A DNA stretch of 64,000 nt from Nocardioidaceae bacterium (GTDB lineage Bacteria > Actinomycetota > Actinomycetes > Propionibacteriales > Nocardioidaceae), in NCBI GenBank assembly GCA_030447865.1, contig JAUJOD010000004.1, positions 240,074-304,073 on the forward strand, read 5' to 3'. The stretch's first letter is position 1, and every line of letters starts with the position of its first letter. The notes beneath the pieces are model-generated. The model did not search any database. It saw only the letters and a list, made by a program, of their open reading frames with translations, and had not been told where the DNA came from. A program made the position numbers and the translations under genes. Below are positions 40,948-48,719 of the stretch, one piece after another.

Positions 40948-42456
40948 ATGCTCAGGTGGCGGCTGCCCGAGCAGCTTCGCTCGGTGCGGATTCGCATTCT
41001 CGCCTGGGTTGTCATCCTGACCGCTGCCGGGCTCGCCAGCGCAGGTGCTGCGGCTTATGTCGTGGAAGGGACGCGCATCGACCACCGGATCGATGAGGCG
41101 ATCCGCCAGGAGATCCAGGAGTTCGAGGAGCTGCAGGCGAAGGGAGTCGACCCGCGAACAGCAGAGGAGTTCACCTCCATAGACCGTCTACTGCGGGTAG
41201 CCCTCACGCGAAACGTTCCCGACGAGCACGAGGCAATCATCGGGTTCCTCAACGGTCGACCGGCGTACGTCCACCCCGGCACCTCTCACAATCTCGACAG
41301 CAACCCATCCTTCATCGCGGCGGTCACCGCCCTGCTTCCGGACGGTGATTTTGGAACGCTGAACACAGCGGCAGGCGAGGTTCGGTACGCCGTCAAGCCT
41401 GTGCTGCAGTCGGGTGCTCGCAGCCGAGGGGCGTACGTCGTCGCCTACTTCGTGGCCCAAGAGGAGGCCGAGTTCCACGATGTCGTTCGCACCTACGCCG
41501 TCGTTGCCGGTTGCGCGCTCCTGGCGATAGCAGTCGGGGCATATTCCGTTGCGGGTCGATTGCTTCGGCCCGTCCGGGACCTGCGGGCCGCCGCCCAAGA
41601 GATCAGCGACACGGATTTGACCCGTCGGATCGCGGTGGAAGGAAACGACGACCTCTCCGACCTGGCGCAGACCTTCAACGCCATGCTCGACCGGCTCGAG
41701 GAGGCGTTTGCAACGCAACGGCGCTTCTTGGACGACGCAGGTCACGAGTTGCGTACGCCGATCACCATCGTGCGGGGCCACCTTGAGCTGTTGGACGAGC
41801 GCGATCCCGACGAGGTGGCAGCGACCCGCGCGCTGGTGCTCGACGAGATAGACCGCATGAGCCGGCTCGTCGAGGAACTCGTCATCCTCGCGAAGGCTGA
41901 CCGGCCAGACTTCTTGTACCCGCAGCAATTCGATCTCGGCCTGTTCACCGACGAGGTACTCGAGAAGTCGCGAGCGTTGGGCGAGCGGCACTGGGTGTTG
42001 GACGCTCGTGCGTCGGGCCCGGTGCAAGCCGACGCCCAGCGCCTGACCCAGGCACTGTTGCAGCTTGCGACGAACGCCGTTCAGCACACTCAACCTGGCG
42101 ACGTCGTGGCAATCGGATCTGCTGCGGACGGCGCCGCCTTCCGGGTGTGGGTTCGAGACAGCGGCCCGGGCGTGCCAGTCGAGTACGCCGACCGGATCTT
42201 CGAACGCTTCGAACGTGGCCCACACGAGGAAGGTCCCGACGGGTCGGGATTGGGACTGTCAATTGTGCGAGCCATCGCAGAGGCCCATGGCGGTCGAGTA
42301 GAGCTCATCAACTCACCCGGTAAGGGTGCGACGTTCGTGGTCGTCGTGCCGCGCCGGCCGGTCACTCATCCGGCTCCCCCAGTTCACGACACGGCGGCGT
42401 TCGAGCCAGCGCTGGTGGCCGAGGACACCACGCGCTTCCGCCAGGAAGTCTCATGA
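40948..42456 (+). CDS. sensor histidine kinase (HAMP-HisKA-HATPase_c); start uncertain (ATG 40948 or GTG 40927)
   Basis: It has two TM segments. The H-box is FLDDAGHELRTPIT, with an N-box QLATNAVQHT and G-boxes DSGPGV and GSGLGLSIV. Confidence 0.9.
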   Translation: MLRWRLPEQLRSVRIRILAWVVILTAAGLASAGAAAYVVEGTRIDHRIDEAIRQEIQEFEELQAKGVDPRTAEEFTSIDRLLRVALTRNVPDEHEAIIGFLNGRPAYVHPGTSHNLDSNPSFIAAVTALLPDGDFGTLNTAAGEVRYAVKPVLQSGARSRGAYVVAYFVAQEEAEFHDVVRTYAVVAGCALLAIAVGAYSVAGRLLRPVRDLRAAAQEISDTDLTRRIAVEGNDDLSDLAQTFNAMLDRLEEAFATQRRFLDDAGHELRTPITIVRGHLELLDERDPDEVAATRALVLDEIDRMSRLVEELVILAKADRPDFLYPQQFDLGLFTDEVLEKSRALGERHWVLDARASGPVQADAQRLTQALLQLATNAVQHTQPGDVVAIGSAADGAAFRVWVRDSGPGVPVEYADRIFERFERGPHEEGPDGSGLGLSIVRAIAEAHGGRVELINSPGKGATFVVVVPRRPVTHPAPPVHDTAAFEPALVAEDTTRFRQEVS

Positions 42457-43121
42457 ACCGCGTGCTCGTCGCGGAGGACGAGGCGCGGATCGCCTCGTTC
42501 GTCGAGAAGGGGCTGCGGGCCAGCGGATTCACCCCCACCGTGGTGCGAGATGGGACTGCCGCACTCGACTTGGCTCTGTCCGGCGAATTCGACCTGCTCA
42601 TTCTCGACATCGGGCTGCCCAAGATGGACGGCTTCACCGTGTTGAGACGGCTGCGCCAAGAACGGGCAACGCTGCCGGTCATCATTCTCACGGCTCGCGA
42701 CTCGGTAACCGACACCGTCGCCGGGCTCGAGGGTGGCGCCGATGACTACATGAGCAAGCCGTTCCGGTTCGAGGAGCTCCTTGCCCGGGTTCGGATACGG
42801 CTGAGGGACGAACGTTCGCCTGAGGTCACCGTGCTGCGCCATGGTGGCCTGGCGCTGGATCTGCGGACCCGCCGCGCGTCGGTAGGTTCCCGCACGATCG
42901 ACCTCACCGCCCGGGAGTTCCTGCTGACGGAGGTGTTCCTACGCAACCCGGGCCAGGTCCTGTCCCGAGAGCAGCTGTTGTCGCTAGTCTGGGGATACGA
43001 CTTCGATCCTGGTTCGAACGTGGTGGACGTCTACGTCCGCTACCTGCGCCGGAAGCTCGGTGCGGACCGGATAGAGACTGTGCGAGGCATGGGTTACCGG
43101 TTGGCGGACCCAGACCAGTGA
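42453..43121 (+). CDS. OmpR-family response regulator
   Basis: 222 aa. The receiver reads VLVAEDE...DLLILDIGLPKMDG. The winged-helix output reads LTAREFLLTEVFLRNPGQVLSREQLL...VDVYVRYLRRKL. It has an ATGA overlap with the kinase. Confidence 0.95.
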   Translation: MNRVLVAEDEARIASFVEKGLRASGFTPTVVRDGTAALDLALSGEFDLLILDIGLPKMDGFTVLRRLRQERATLPVIILTARDSVTDTVAGLEGGADDYMSKPFRFEELLARVRIRLRDERSPEVTVLRHGGLALDLRTRRASVGSRTIDLTAREFLLTEVFLRNPGQVLSREQLLSLVWGYDFDPGSNVVDVYVRYLRRKLGADRIETVRGMGYRLADPDQ

Positions 43122-43905
43122 AGGGCTTCCCTCACCACCACCCATCGTTCCGCCAAGAATCTCGGGCATGAACGGGCCGCTCCCAATCGACTGCGACACC
43201 TTGCTCCTCAAGCATGCTCGCAACGGCAGGGTTGCCTTGGAAGGTGATGCGCCGGGCGGTCTGCTCCACGGCTAGCACGCTAAAACACGACGATGTCCCC
43301 CGCCAGATTCTGCTCGGTGGGTTCTTTTCGTAGCTCGGCGTCAGGCGTTGGCATCCAGCCACGCCGCCGCTGTGAGCAGGTACGAAGCGAGCCGCCTGTT
43401 GACGCTCTAGGACGGGGGGAGTTGGAGTAGGTCTTCTGCAACATGAAGGCTGGTCCGAAGCAAAAAATGTCGTGCATGGACAATAACCTTCCGAGCAGGT
43501 TGTGAAGCCTTGCTTGCAGTCTGCTCCAACATCCCGACCGTTGTCACGCTTAGCGGAGAGATATCGCAGAAGTCGGCTAGAGCTCCGCAAGAAGCCGTGA
43601 CGGCGGCCTGGTCGGTGGTGGTTGTCATCGCTCCACGTCCTCGGACCATGTCCGCGAAATGCGGGGACGTCAGCTAGTCCGCGGGCGCCTTCGACGTCGG
43701 GGTGTGACCAGCGACGACGTAGGCGGTGTGCCGCTCGACCGCCTGGAACAGGCGCACCCTTAACTCGGTCCTCGATGCCGATTGTCGATCGTGGACAGCA
43801 CCGAGGCGTGGAACTCGGGCCCCCACAGGGGTGCTTTATGGTGCACCAGGACGGCCACTCCGTGGGAAATGAGGTGGTGGATGTGCGCCCTGACCTCGGT
43901 GTTGC

Positions 43906-44011
43906 TGGTGGGCGATACTGGGTTCGAACCAGTGACCTCTTCGGTGTGAACGAAGCGCGCTAGTGACCTCTTCGGTGTGAACGAAGCGCGCTACCACTGC
44001 GCCAATCGCCC
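43906..44011 (-). tRNA. tRNA-Val(CAC) containing an internal perfect 31-bp tandem duplication (possibly non-functional or an assembly artefact)
   Basis: The minus strand reads GGGCGATTGGCGCAGTGGTAGCGCGCTTCGTTCACACCGAAGAGGTCACT[dup]GGTTCGAACCCAGTATCGCCCACCA. The duplicated unit agtgacctcttcggtgtgaacgaagcgcgct occurs at 43931-43961 and again at 43962-43992. Removing one copy gives a canonical 75-nt cloverleaf. Confidence 0.75.
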
Positions 44012-44153
44012 CGGCCATGTCGTGCCGCGATCGCCGACAGGCTAGCGCAGGCGCCCCGAAGGGAAAAAATCTGCACTTCGTCACCGCAGAAGCGTTACGT
44101 CGCGCCTTCCGCGTCGTTAGCCAGACTGACGGCTTGGGAAGGGAAAACGGCTG

Positions 44154-44570
44154 ATGGACAGCACTCCAATCAACATCACCCGCGCGTTGACGCTGGAGCT
44201 CATCGACGCAAGCGGCACGGCCACCCCACTTCACTCGGTCCTCACCTATGACGTGAGTGACCCCTACGCCGTTGCCGCGAGCTTCACGGTCGCCGGGGCC
44301 ACGGTTCGATGGGTGTTCGCGCGTTCGCTGCTCGCGACGGGTGTGTACGAGCCAACAGGTGAAGGCGACGTACAGGTGTGGCCGTGTCTGAACGTCCGTG
44401 GTCAAGCCGTCACCGTCATCCAGCTCTCGTCCCCTGAGGGCGAGGCCCTGATGCAAGCGCGCAGCAACGAAGTGTGCGAGTTCCTGCGGCGCACCGAGGG
44501 CCTGGTCGCCCTCGGCGCCGAGGCGACGTACGTCGACATCGATGATGCGATCGCCAGGCTCCTCGGGTAA
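44154..44570 (+). CDS. ssgB: SsgA-family sporulation/cell-division regulator (SsgB-like)
   Basis: 138 aa. The segment LTYDVSDPYAVAASFTVAGATVRWVFARSLL...GEGDVQVWP...LSSPEGEALM is typical of SALP proteins. Confidence 0.85.
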   Translation: MDSTPINITRALTLELIDASGTATPLHSVLTYDVSDPYAVAASFTVAGATVRWVFARSLLATGVYEPTGEGDVQVWPCLNVRGQAVTVIQLSSPEGEALMQARSNEVCEFLRRTEGLVALGAEATYVDIDDAIARLLG

Positions 44571-44600
44571 ACCTGCTGTCCGAGGCGTCACGGGCCCAGC

Positions 44601-45197
44601 GTGGCTATCACTACGCTGGGCCTTGTGATGTTCAGCCACGACACGGAGCTGTCGCTGCTGACCGTTGTCGACCTCGTCAACACCGCTGCGGACTCCGGTG
44701 GGATCGAGCAGCTGACGACTGCGCGGCATGTCGAGCAGTTCATCACCGACCACCATTTCTCCGGGATCGATCCGCGCGACTACGGCGACTTGCCGGCGTT
44801 GTACGCCGTCCGCGACCGCTTCCGAAGTGTGTTCGGCCTCGGCGAGGCCGCCAAGATCGCGGCCCAGGTCAACGCCATGGTGGCGGTGGCACCGGTATCC
44901 CCTCGGCTCACGAACCACGAGGGGTACCCCTGGCACATGCACTACTTCGCCCCCGGCGCGAGCCTCGCTGAGCACCTCTCCGTCGATGGTGGAATGGCGC
45001 TCGCCCAGGTTGTCAGCCTCGGTGAGACCGACCGACTGCAGATCTGTGCAGCGCCGGACTGCAGAGCGGTGCTGATCGACCTGTCGCGCAACCGCTCCAA
45101 GCGCTACTGCGACGCCCGCGCCTGCGGCAATCGCCTGCACGTGGCGGCGTACCGGAAGCGCCAACGGTCAGGTTCTGCGCCGCTGCAGCCGTCCTGA
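44601..45197 (+). CDS. CGNR zinc-finger domain protein (ABATE N-terminal domain)
   Basis: 198 aa with C-terminal CAAPDCRAVLIDLSRNRSKRYCDARACGNRLHVAAYRKR. Confidence 0.85.
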   Translation: MAITTLGLVMFSHDTELSLLTVVDLVNTAADSGGIEQLTTARHVEQFITDHHFSGIDPRDYGDLPALYAVRDRFRSVFGLGEAAKIAAQVNAMVAVAPVSPRLTNHEGYPWHMHYFAPGASLAEHLSVDGGMALAQVVSLGETDRLQICAAPDCRAVLIDLSRNRSKRYCDARACGNRLHVAAYRKRQRSGSAPLQPS

Positions 45198-45198
45198 C

Positions 45199-45633
45199 GT
45201 GGCGAGCTTCGACGTGGTCCGGCACTCGTCGCTGCCGGTTGACGAGGCGTGGACCCGGTTGACCGACTGGGAGCGGCACGGGCAGTTCTTGCCGTTCACG
45301 ACCGTCCGACTGGTTGGCTCACTCGTCGGCGCCGGCGCGGCCTTCGTGGCCCGTACGTCGTTCGGGCCGCTCGGCTTCGACGACCCCATGGTGGTGACGG
45401 TGTGGCACCCGCCCGTCGGCGACGCTCCGGGACTGTGCCGAGTCACCAAGCGCGGCCGGGTGGTAGTGGGCTGGGCGCAGTTGGCAGTTGCTGCCGCACC
45501 TGGCGGGGCGTTGGTCCACTGGCATGAGGAGGCCCGATTCCGCGCCGTTGGCCGGCTGCTGGAGTGGCCCAACCGGGTAGTTGGCAGCGTTGCGTTCGGC
45601 CGGTTGGTCGACGGTTTGCTGGCTGAGTCCTGA
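45199..45633 (+). CDS. SRPBCC family protein
   Basis: 144 aa. The N-terminal VVRHSSLPVDEAWTRLTDWERHGQFLPFT is typical of the polyketide-cyclase/START-like fold. Confidence 0.7.
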   Translation: MASFDVVRHSSLPVDEAWTRLTDWERHGQFLPFTTVRLVGSLVGAGAAFVARTSFGPLGFDDPMVVTVWHPPVGDAPGLCRVTKRGRVVVGWAQLAVAAAPGGALVHWHEEARFRAVGRLLEWPNRVVGSVAFGRLVDGLLAES

Positions 45634-45644
45634 GCGACCCTGAA

Positions 45645-45673
45645 TTGGCCGTGTCGGGCGGATCGGCTAATCT
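45645..45673 (+). promoter_or_regulatory. putative sigma-70-type promoter for the tRNA cluster (-35 TTGGCC, 17-bp spacer, -10 TAATCT)
   Basis: The hexamers were read at 45645-45650 and 45668-45673, about 35 nt upstream of tRNA-Gly. Confidence 0.35.
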
Positions 45674-45707
45674 CATGCTCGCACCACCACGGGCTCGGGT
45701 GGAGCGC

Positions 45708-45780
45708 GCGGACGTGGCTCAGCTGGTAGAGCATCACCTTGCCAAGGTGAGGGTCGCGGGTTCGAATCCCGTCGTCCGCT
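45708..45780 (+). tRNA. tRNA-Gly(GCC)
   Basis: Acceptor GCGGACG/CGTCCGC, anticodon arm TCACC-TTGCCAA-GGTGA, T-loop GGTTCGAATCC. Confidence 0.9.
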
Positions 45781-45810
45781 CGGAGAGGGTCGCTGGCTTA
45801 CCCATCCAGT

Positions 45811-45881
45811 GGTGGAGTGGCCGAGAGGCGAGGCAACGGACTGCAAATCCGTCTACGAGGGTTCAAATCCCTTCTCCACCT
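45811..45881 (+). tRNA. tRNA-Cys(GCA)
   Basis: Acceptor GGTGGAG/CTCCACC, anticodon loop CTGCAAA, T-loop GGTTCAAATCC. Confidence 0.9.
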
Positions 45882-45900
45882 CGACGCGAGCATGTCCCGA

Positions 45901-45975
45901 GGGCGATTGGCGCAGCGGTAGCGCGCTTCCCTGACACGGAAGAGGTCACTGGTTCAAACCCAGTATCGCCCACCA
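45901..45975 (+). tRNA. tRNA-Val(GAC), CCA encoded
   Basis: Acceptor GGGCGAT/ATCGCCC, anticodon arm CTTCC-CTGACAC-GGAAG, T-loop GGTTCAAACCC, 3' ACCA. Confidence 0.9.
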
Positions 45976-46436
45976 GCAACACCGCAGTCAGAGGCACAAT
46001 GCGCCGTAAGAAACGGGTCGAGTGCCAGATACGTGCCAGATCGGTGACGGCCCCGCAGAGCCGCGACAGCGGCCACCGTCGAGAGGCGGCACCATGTCCA
46101 CATCCACCCGAGTCGAGCGCATCCCCATCAACACCGATGACGATGGCACCGAGGCGACGACGTACTACACCAACGACCCCGACCTGTTCTCAAGCTCCAA
46201 AAGGGCAAGGTCATCCGAAGCGGCGACGTGATGGGCACCGTTGATGGTCAAGTTGCGCATCGACGACAACCCAATCCATGAGGTGATCCTCGATGCTACC
46301 CAGGCGCTGGTAGCCCAGTGGGCGTCCTCGACCAGGCCATCGAGCAGATCACCATCGCCCGGGGCGCCTTGCTGCGGATACAGGACGGCGAGGACATCAA
46401 CCGGCCGAAGATGGCCGTCGAGAAGGGGGCGGACCC

Positions 46437-46724
46437 ATGACGACCACGACCGACCAACCAGAACCGATCACCTGCCCGAGCTGGTGCGTCCGAGACATCG
46501 TTCACGAGGACACCGGGACGTGACATTACGCGGCGCCTGTGAACGTGCAGATGTCGCGTGACGTGGGCGGGCGGCGCCTCGGCAAGAAACCGCCGGCCGT
46601 GCTGGAGTTGGAACTCAGCTACCTCGAACTCAATCCGCCGCTCCTGCCTCACGAGCACTCCGCGCCCGAGATTAGTGTCGACGGCAACGACGGCAGCGGA
46701 AACATGGTTTGTACTGGTACATGA
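46437..46724 (+). pseudogene. decayed small phage/integrative-element-type gene with in-frame TGA at 46521
   Basis: MTTTTDQPEPITCPSWCVRDIVHEDTGT*HYAAPVNVQMS... is read in one frame. The CPSWC-type N-terminus recalls small actinophage/AICE proteins (from memory). The upstream ORF 46241-46440 also needs a frameshift to read through (…VGVLDQAIEQITIARGALLRIQDGEDINRP…). Confidence 0.4.
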
Positions 46725-46962
46725 CGGTCAGCGTAGCGGCAACTGCTTGCTGTCCCGGCCCAGTACTGGGGCGAAGAGCTTTCTCGCGTCGCCCTTTACG
46801 TTTGGGTGCCTGTGGACGGGGCACACTACTCAAGCACCCGGTTCAGCCCGACGATTTCCTGGCGATCAGCTCGGAGTTCGTGTCGTTTCAAGATGCGCTG
46901 CGTGCGATTTTGAGCGGGGTCACGAATGAGGTCCATCCAACGTCATTAAGGAGCAGCAGCGG

Positions 46963-47235
46963 ATGAGTCGTAGTCGCAATCGGAACCGGTCCAACCAGCA
47001 GTCGCGAGCACAGCGCTTCACCACCGAGACAAAAGAAGCGACTAAGACAACGGAGCTGATCGCCTACGTCGTCGCCGTCGCCGGTGTCGCCATCACCGCG
47101 TTCACCGTAGACAACGATCCGGACTTCGGTGCCGAACGCGCATGGCTGTACATCACGATCTTAACCGTGGGGTACATGGTCAGCCGGGGTCTCGCCAAGG
47201 CCGGTAGCTACGAACCCGACGCAGACGACGACTGA
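46963..47235 (+). CDS. small hypothetical membrane protein (two TM segments)
   Basis: 90 aa. ATG is preceded by aaggag. It has a basic N-terminus, then LIAYVVAVAGVAITAF and WLYITILTVGYMV. Confidence 0.5.
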   Translation: MSRSRNRNRSNQQSRAQRFTTETKEATKTTELIAYVVAVAGVAITAFTVDNDPDFGAERAWLYITILTVGYMVSRGLAKAGSYEPDADDD

Positions 47236-47308
47236 CCGCAACAACGCCTCACGGGCAGCCGATGACGGACGTGGTGTGGTGAGCGCCGCCAGTACCTAGC
47301 ATCGGCCC

Positions 47309-47492
47309 ATGATGCGTCCCGTCAGCCACCACGACTCGTCTAGGTGCTCCGCGAAACGGCACCTGGACCCCGGCTGGCTGCACGCGTGGCGGCGAGACAG
47401 CGACGGCTGGCGGGCCTAGGTGCGGTACAAGAGTCGGCGTGGGTGCTCAGCACCTCGAGTGGGTGGCCGCGGCGCGTCTTCGGCGCGTCTAA
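47309..47492 (+). pseudogene. decayed small ORF (in-frame TAG plus frameshift)
   Basis: MMRPVSHHDSS...WLHAWRRDSDGWRA*VRYK, then in a shifted frame VGVGAQHLEWVAAARLRRV*. It reads as one small protein only if two lesions are repaired. Confidence 0.3.
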
Positions 47493-47534
47493 CGCCACCG
47501 CGCCTCCCTGGCGTTCGCCACGGTCATCGGTTGC

Positions 47535-47775
47535 TCACGCGAGCACATCCGCTGCCCGCCGGCCCGTCACCCAATAGGAGTCGGAGTCGTCCTTGCGCCG
47601 CCAGTGCTCGTACGTCTGCAACGCCAACGTCTCAACGTCGACCCTCGAGAGCATCCGGTGTGACCGGCTGAACCTGAGGCAGACGGCCAGCGATGACATG
47701 CCGGCGTAGCGTCGAAGTGGTGACACCGAGGATGTGGGCGGCCTCGGCGAAGGTGACCGAGTCAAGCGGACGCAT
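47535..47775 (-). pseudogene. excisionase-like helix-turn-helix gene remnant (frameshifted)
   Basis: From ATG 47775 the product is MRPLDSVTFAEAAHILGVTTSTLRRHVIAGRLPQVQPV... with a stop at 47632. A second frame continues ...VDVETLALQTYEHWRRKDDSDSYWVTGRRAADVL to 47535. Confidence 0.45.
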
Positions 47776-47974
47776 GCGCCGTCTCAGCCACTTCACGCCG
47801 GGTCTGCCCCTGCGGTCGCTTGACGCTCTGCCTTGCCCGCGGGTTCCGTTACATTCGGGCGTCGGCCTCAGAGGCGAGGCGCATACCGGCCGTCACGCCT
47901 CGCCATTCGCCGGGCTGGAACGGGCGAGGTTGCCAAGCTCAAGTCACGAGGCGATGGTGGTGACCTTGGGGTGA

Positions 47975-48172
47975 CCGGCAGCATCAGCGTGGTTCACGCG
48001 CTCATGCGCGCCGATCCTCGTCGACGAGTACCGGCTATTCGTGTACCCGGCGTTTAGCAGCCGCGGACGCAACCTGGTGCCCAGTGGCCTCACGCTGCAA
48101 AACCTGACAATGACCGAGTGTGTGTCTTTTCGATCGGGCGTCGTGTTGCAGGTCTACAGGACTTCAGTCTGA
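47975..48172 (+). pseudogene. C-terminal remnant of a dihydrofolate-reductase-family (RibD C-terminal domain) gene
   Basis: Own translation gives ...ILVDEYRLFVYPAFSSRGRNLVPSGLTLQNLTMTECVSFRSGVVLQVYRTSV*. Only about 55 codons are open. There is no start and no N-terminal domain. Confidence 0.5.
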
Positions 48173-48541
48173 GGGCATGCTGGGCAACTCCTGGAGCGCC
48201 CACGAGTTGCCGTCCGGATCCTGCAGATAGGCGTACTTGATTCCGCCCATATCCTGCACGTCAGAAACGGCAACCCCACGAGCGCGCAGGTCAGCTCTCG
48301 CTTCGTTGATGCTAGGTACCACCAGGTGGATACCTTTCACCGGACTAGCGCCCTCCTCGTAGATGCCCTCGCCAATGACGATTGAGCAGGCAGAGCCGGG
48401 AGGCGTGAGCTGAATGACTCGCATCTGCTCGCTGGGCTGCACATCGTGGTCGAGCCGGAACCCCATCCCCTCCACGTAGAACTCCTTGCTGCGGTTCGGA
48501 TCGGACGCAGGCAATGGGAGCAGTTCAATGCGCATGTCCAT
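48164..48541 (-). CDS. VOC (glyoxalase/bleomycin-resistance) family protein
   Basis: Start set at ATG 48541, preceded by gaggag. The product is MDMRIELLPLPASDPNRSKEFYVEGMGFRLDHD...YLQDPDGNSWALQE. Confidence 0.8.
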   Translation of the reverse strand: MDMRIELLPLPASDPNRSKEFYVEGMGFRLDHDVQPSEQMRVIQLTPPGSACSIVIGEGIYEEGASPVKGIHLVVPSINEARADLRARGVAVSDVQDMGGIKYAYLQDPDGNSWALQELPSMPSD

Positions 48542-48719
48542 TGGAATCTCCTCATTAAAGACTGTTGGACGCCCGAGACGAAGGTCTGGCCCGTCGTCTT
48601 GGAGAGCCGACCCAGGCGGCAACGTCGCTGCCACCTGGTTCACAACCTAACGGCCACCGCACATTTCCCTCCGTCAATGCGGTTCCGCCCAAACGCAGCG
48701 CCGATAGCCTTGTCCCGTT

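Noticed and set aside
43407-43649. Shared MTTTTDQ N-terminus between the minus-strand ORF at 43629 and the decayed ORF at 46437, as evidence of paralogy
   Set aside because: Only seven residues match, they use different codons, and there is no similarity afterwards. This is too little to claim homology.
43836-45164. 442-aa minus-strand ORF
   Set aside because: It runs through the tRNA-Val gene and is antisense to the well-supported ssgB-like and CGNR genes. It is a typical high-GC shadow ORF with Arg/Gly/Ala-rich, motif-free translation.
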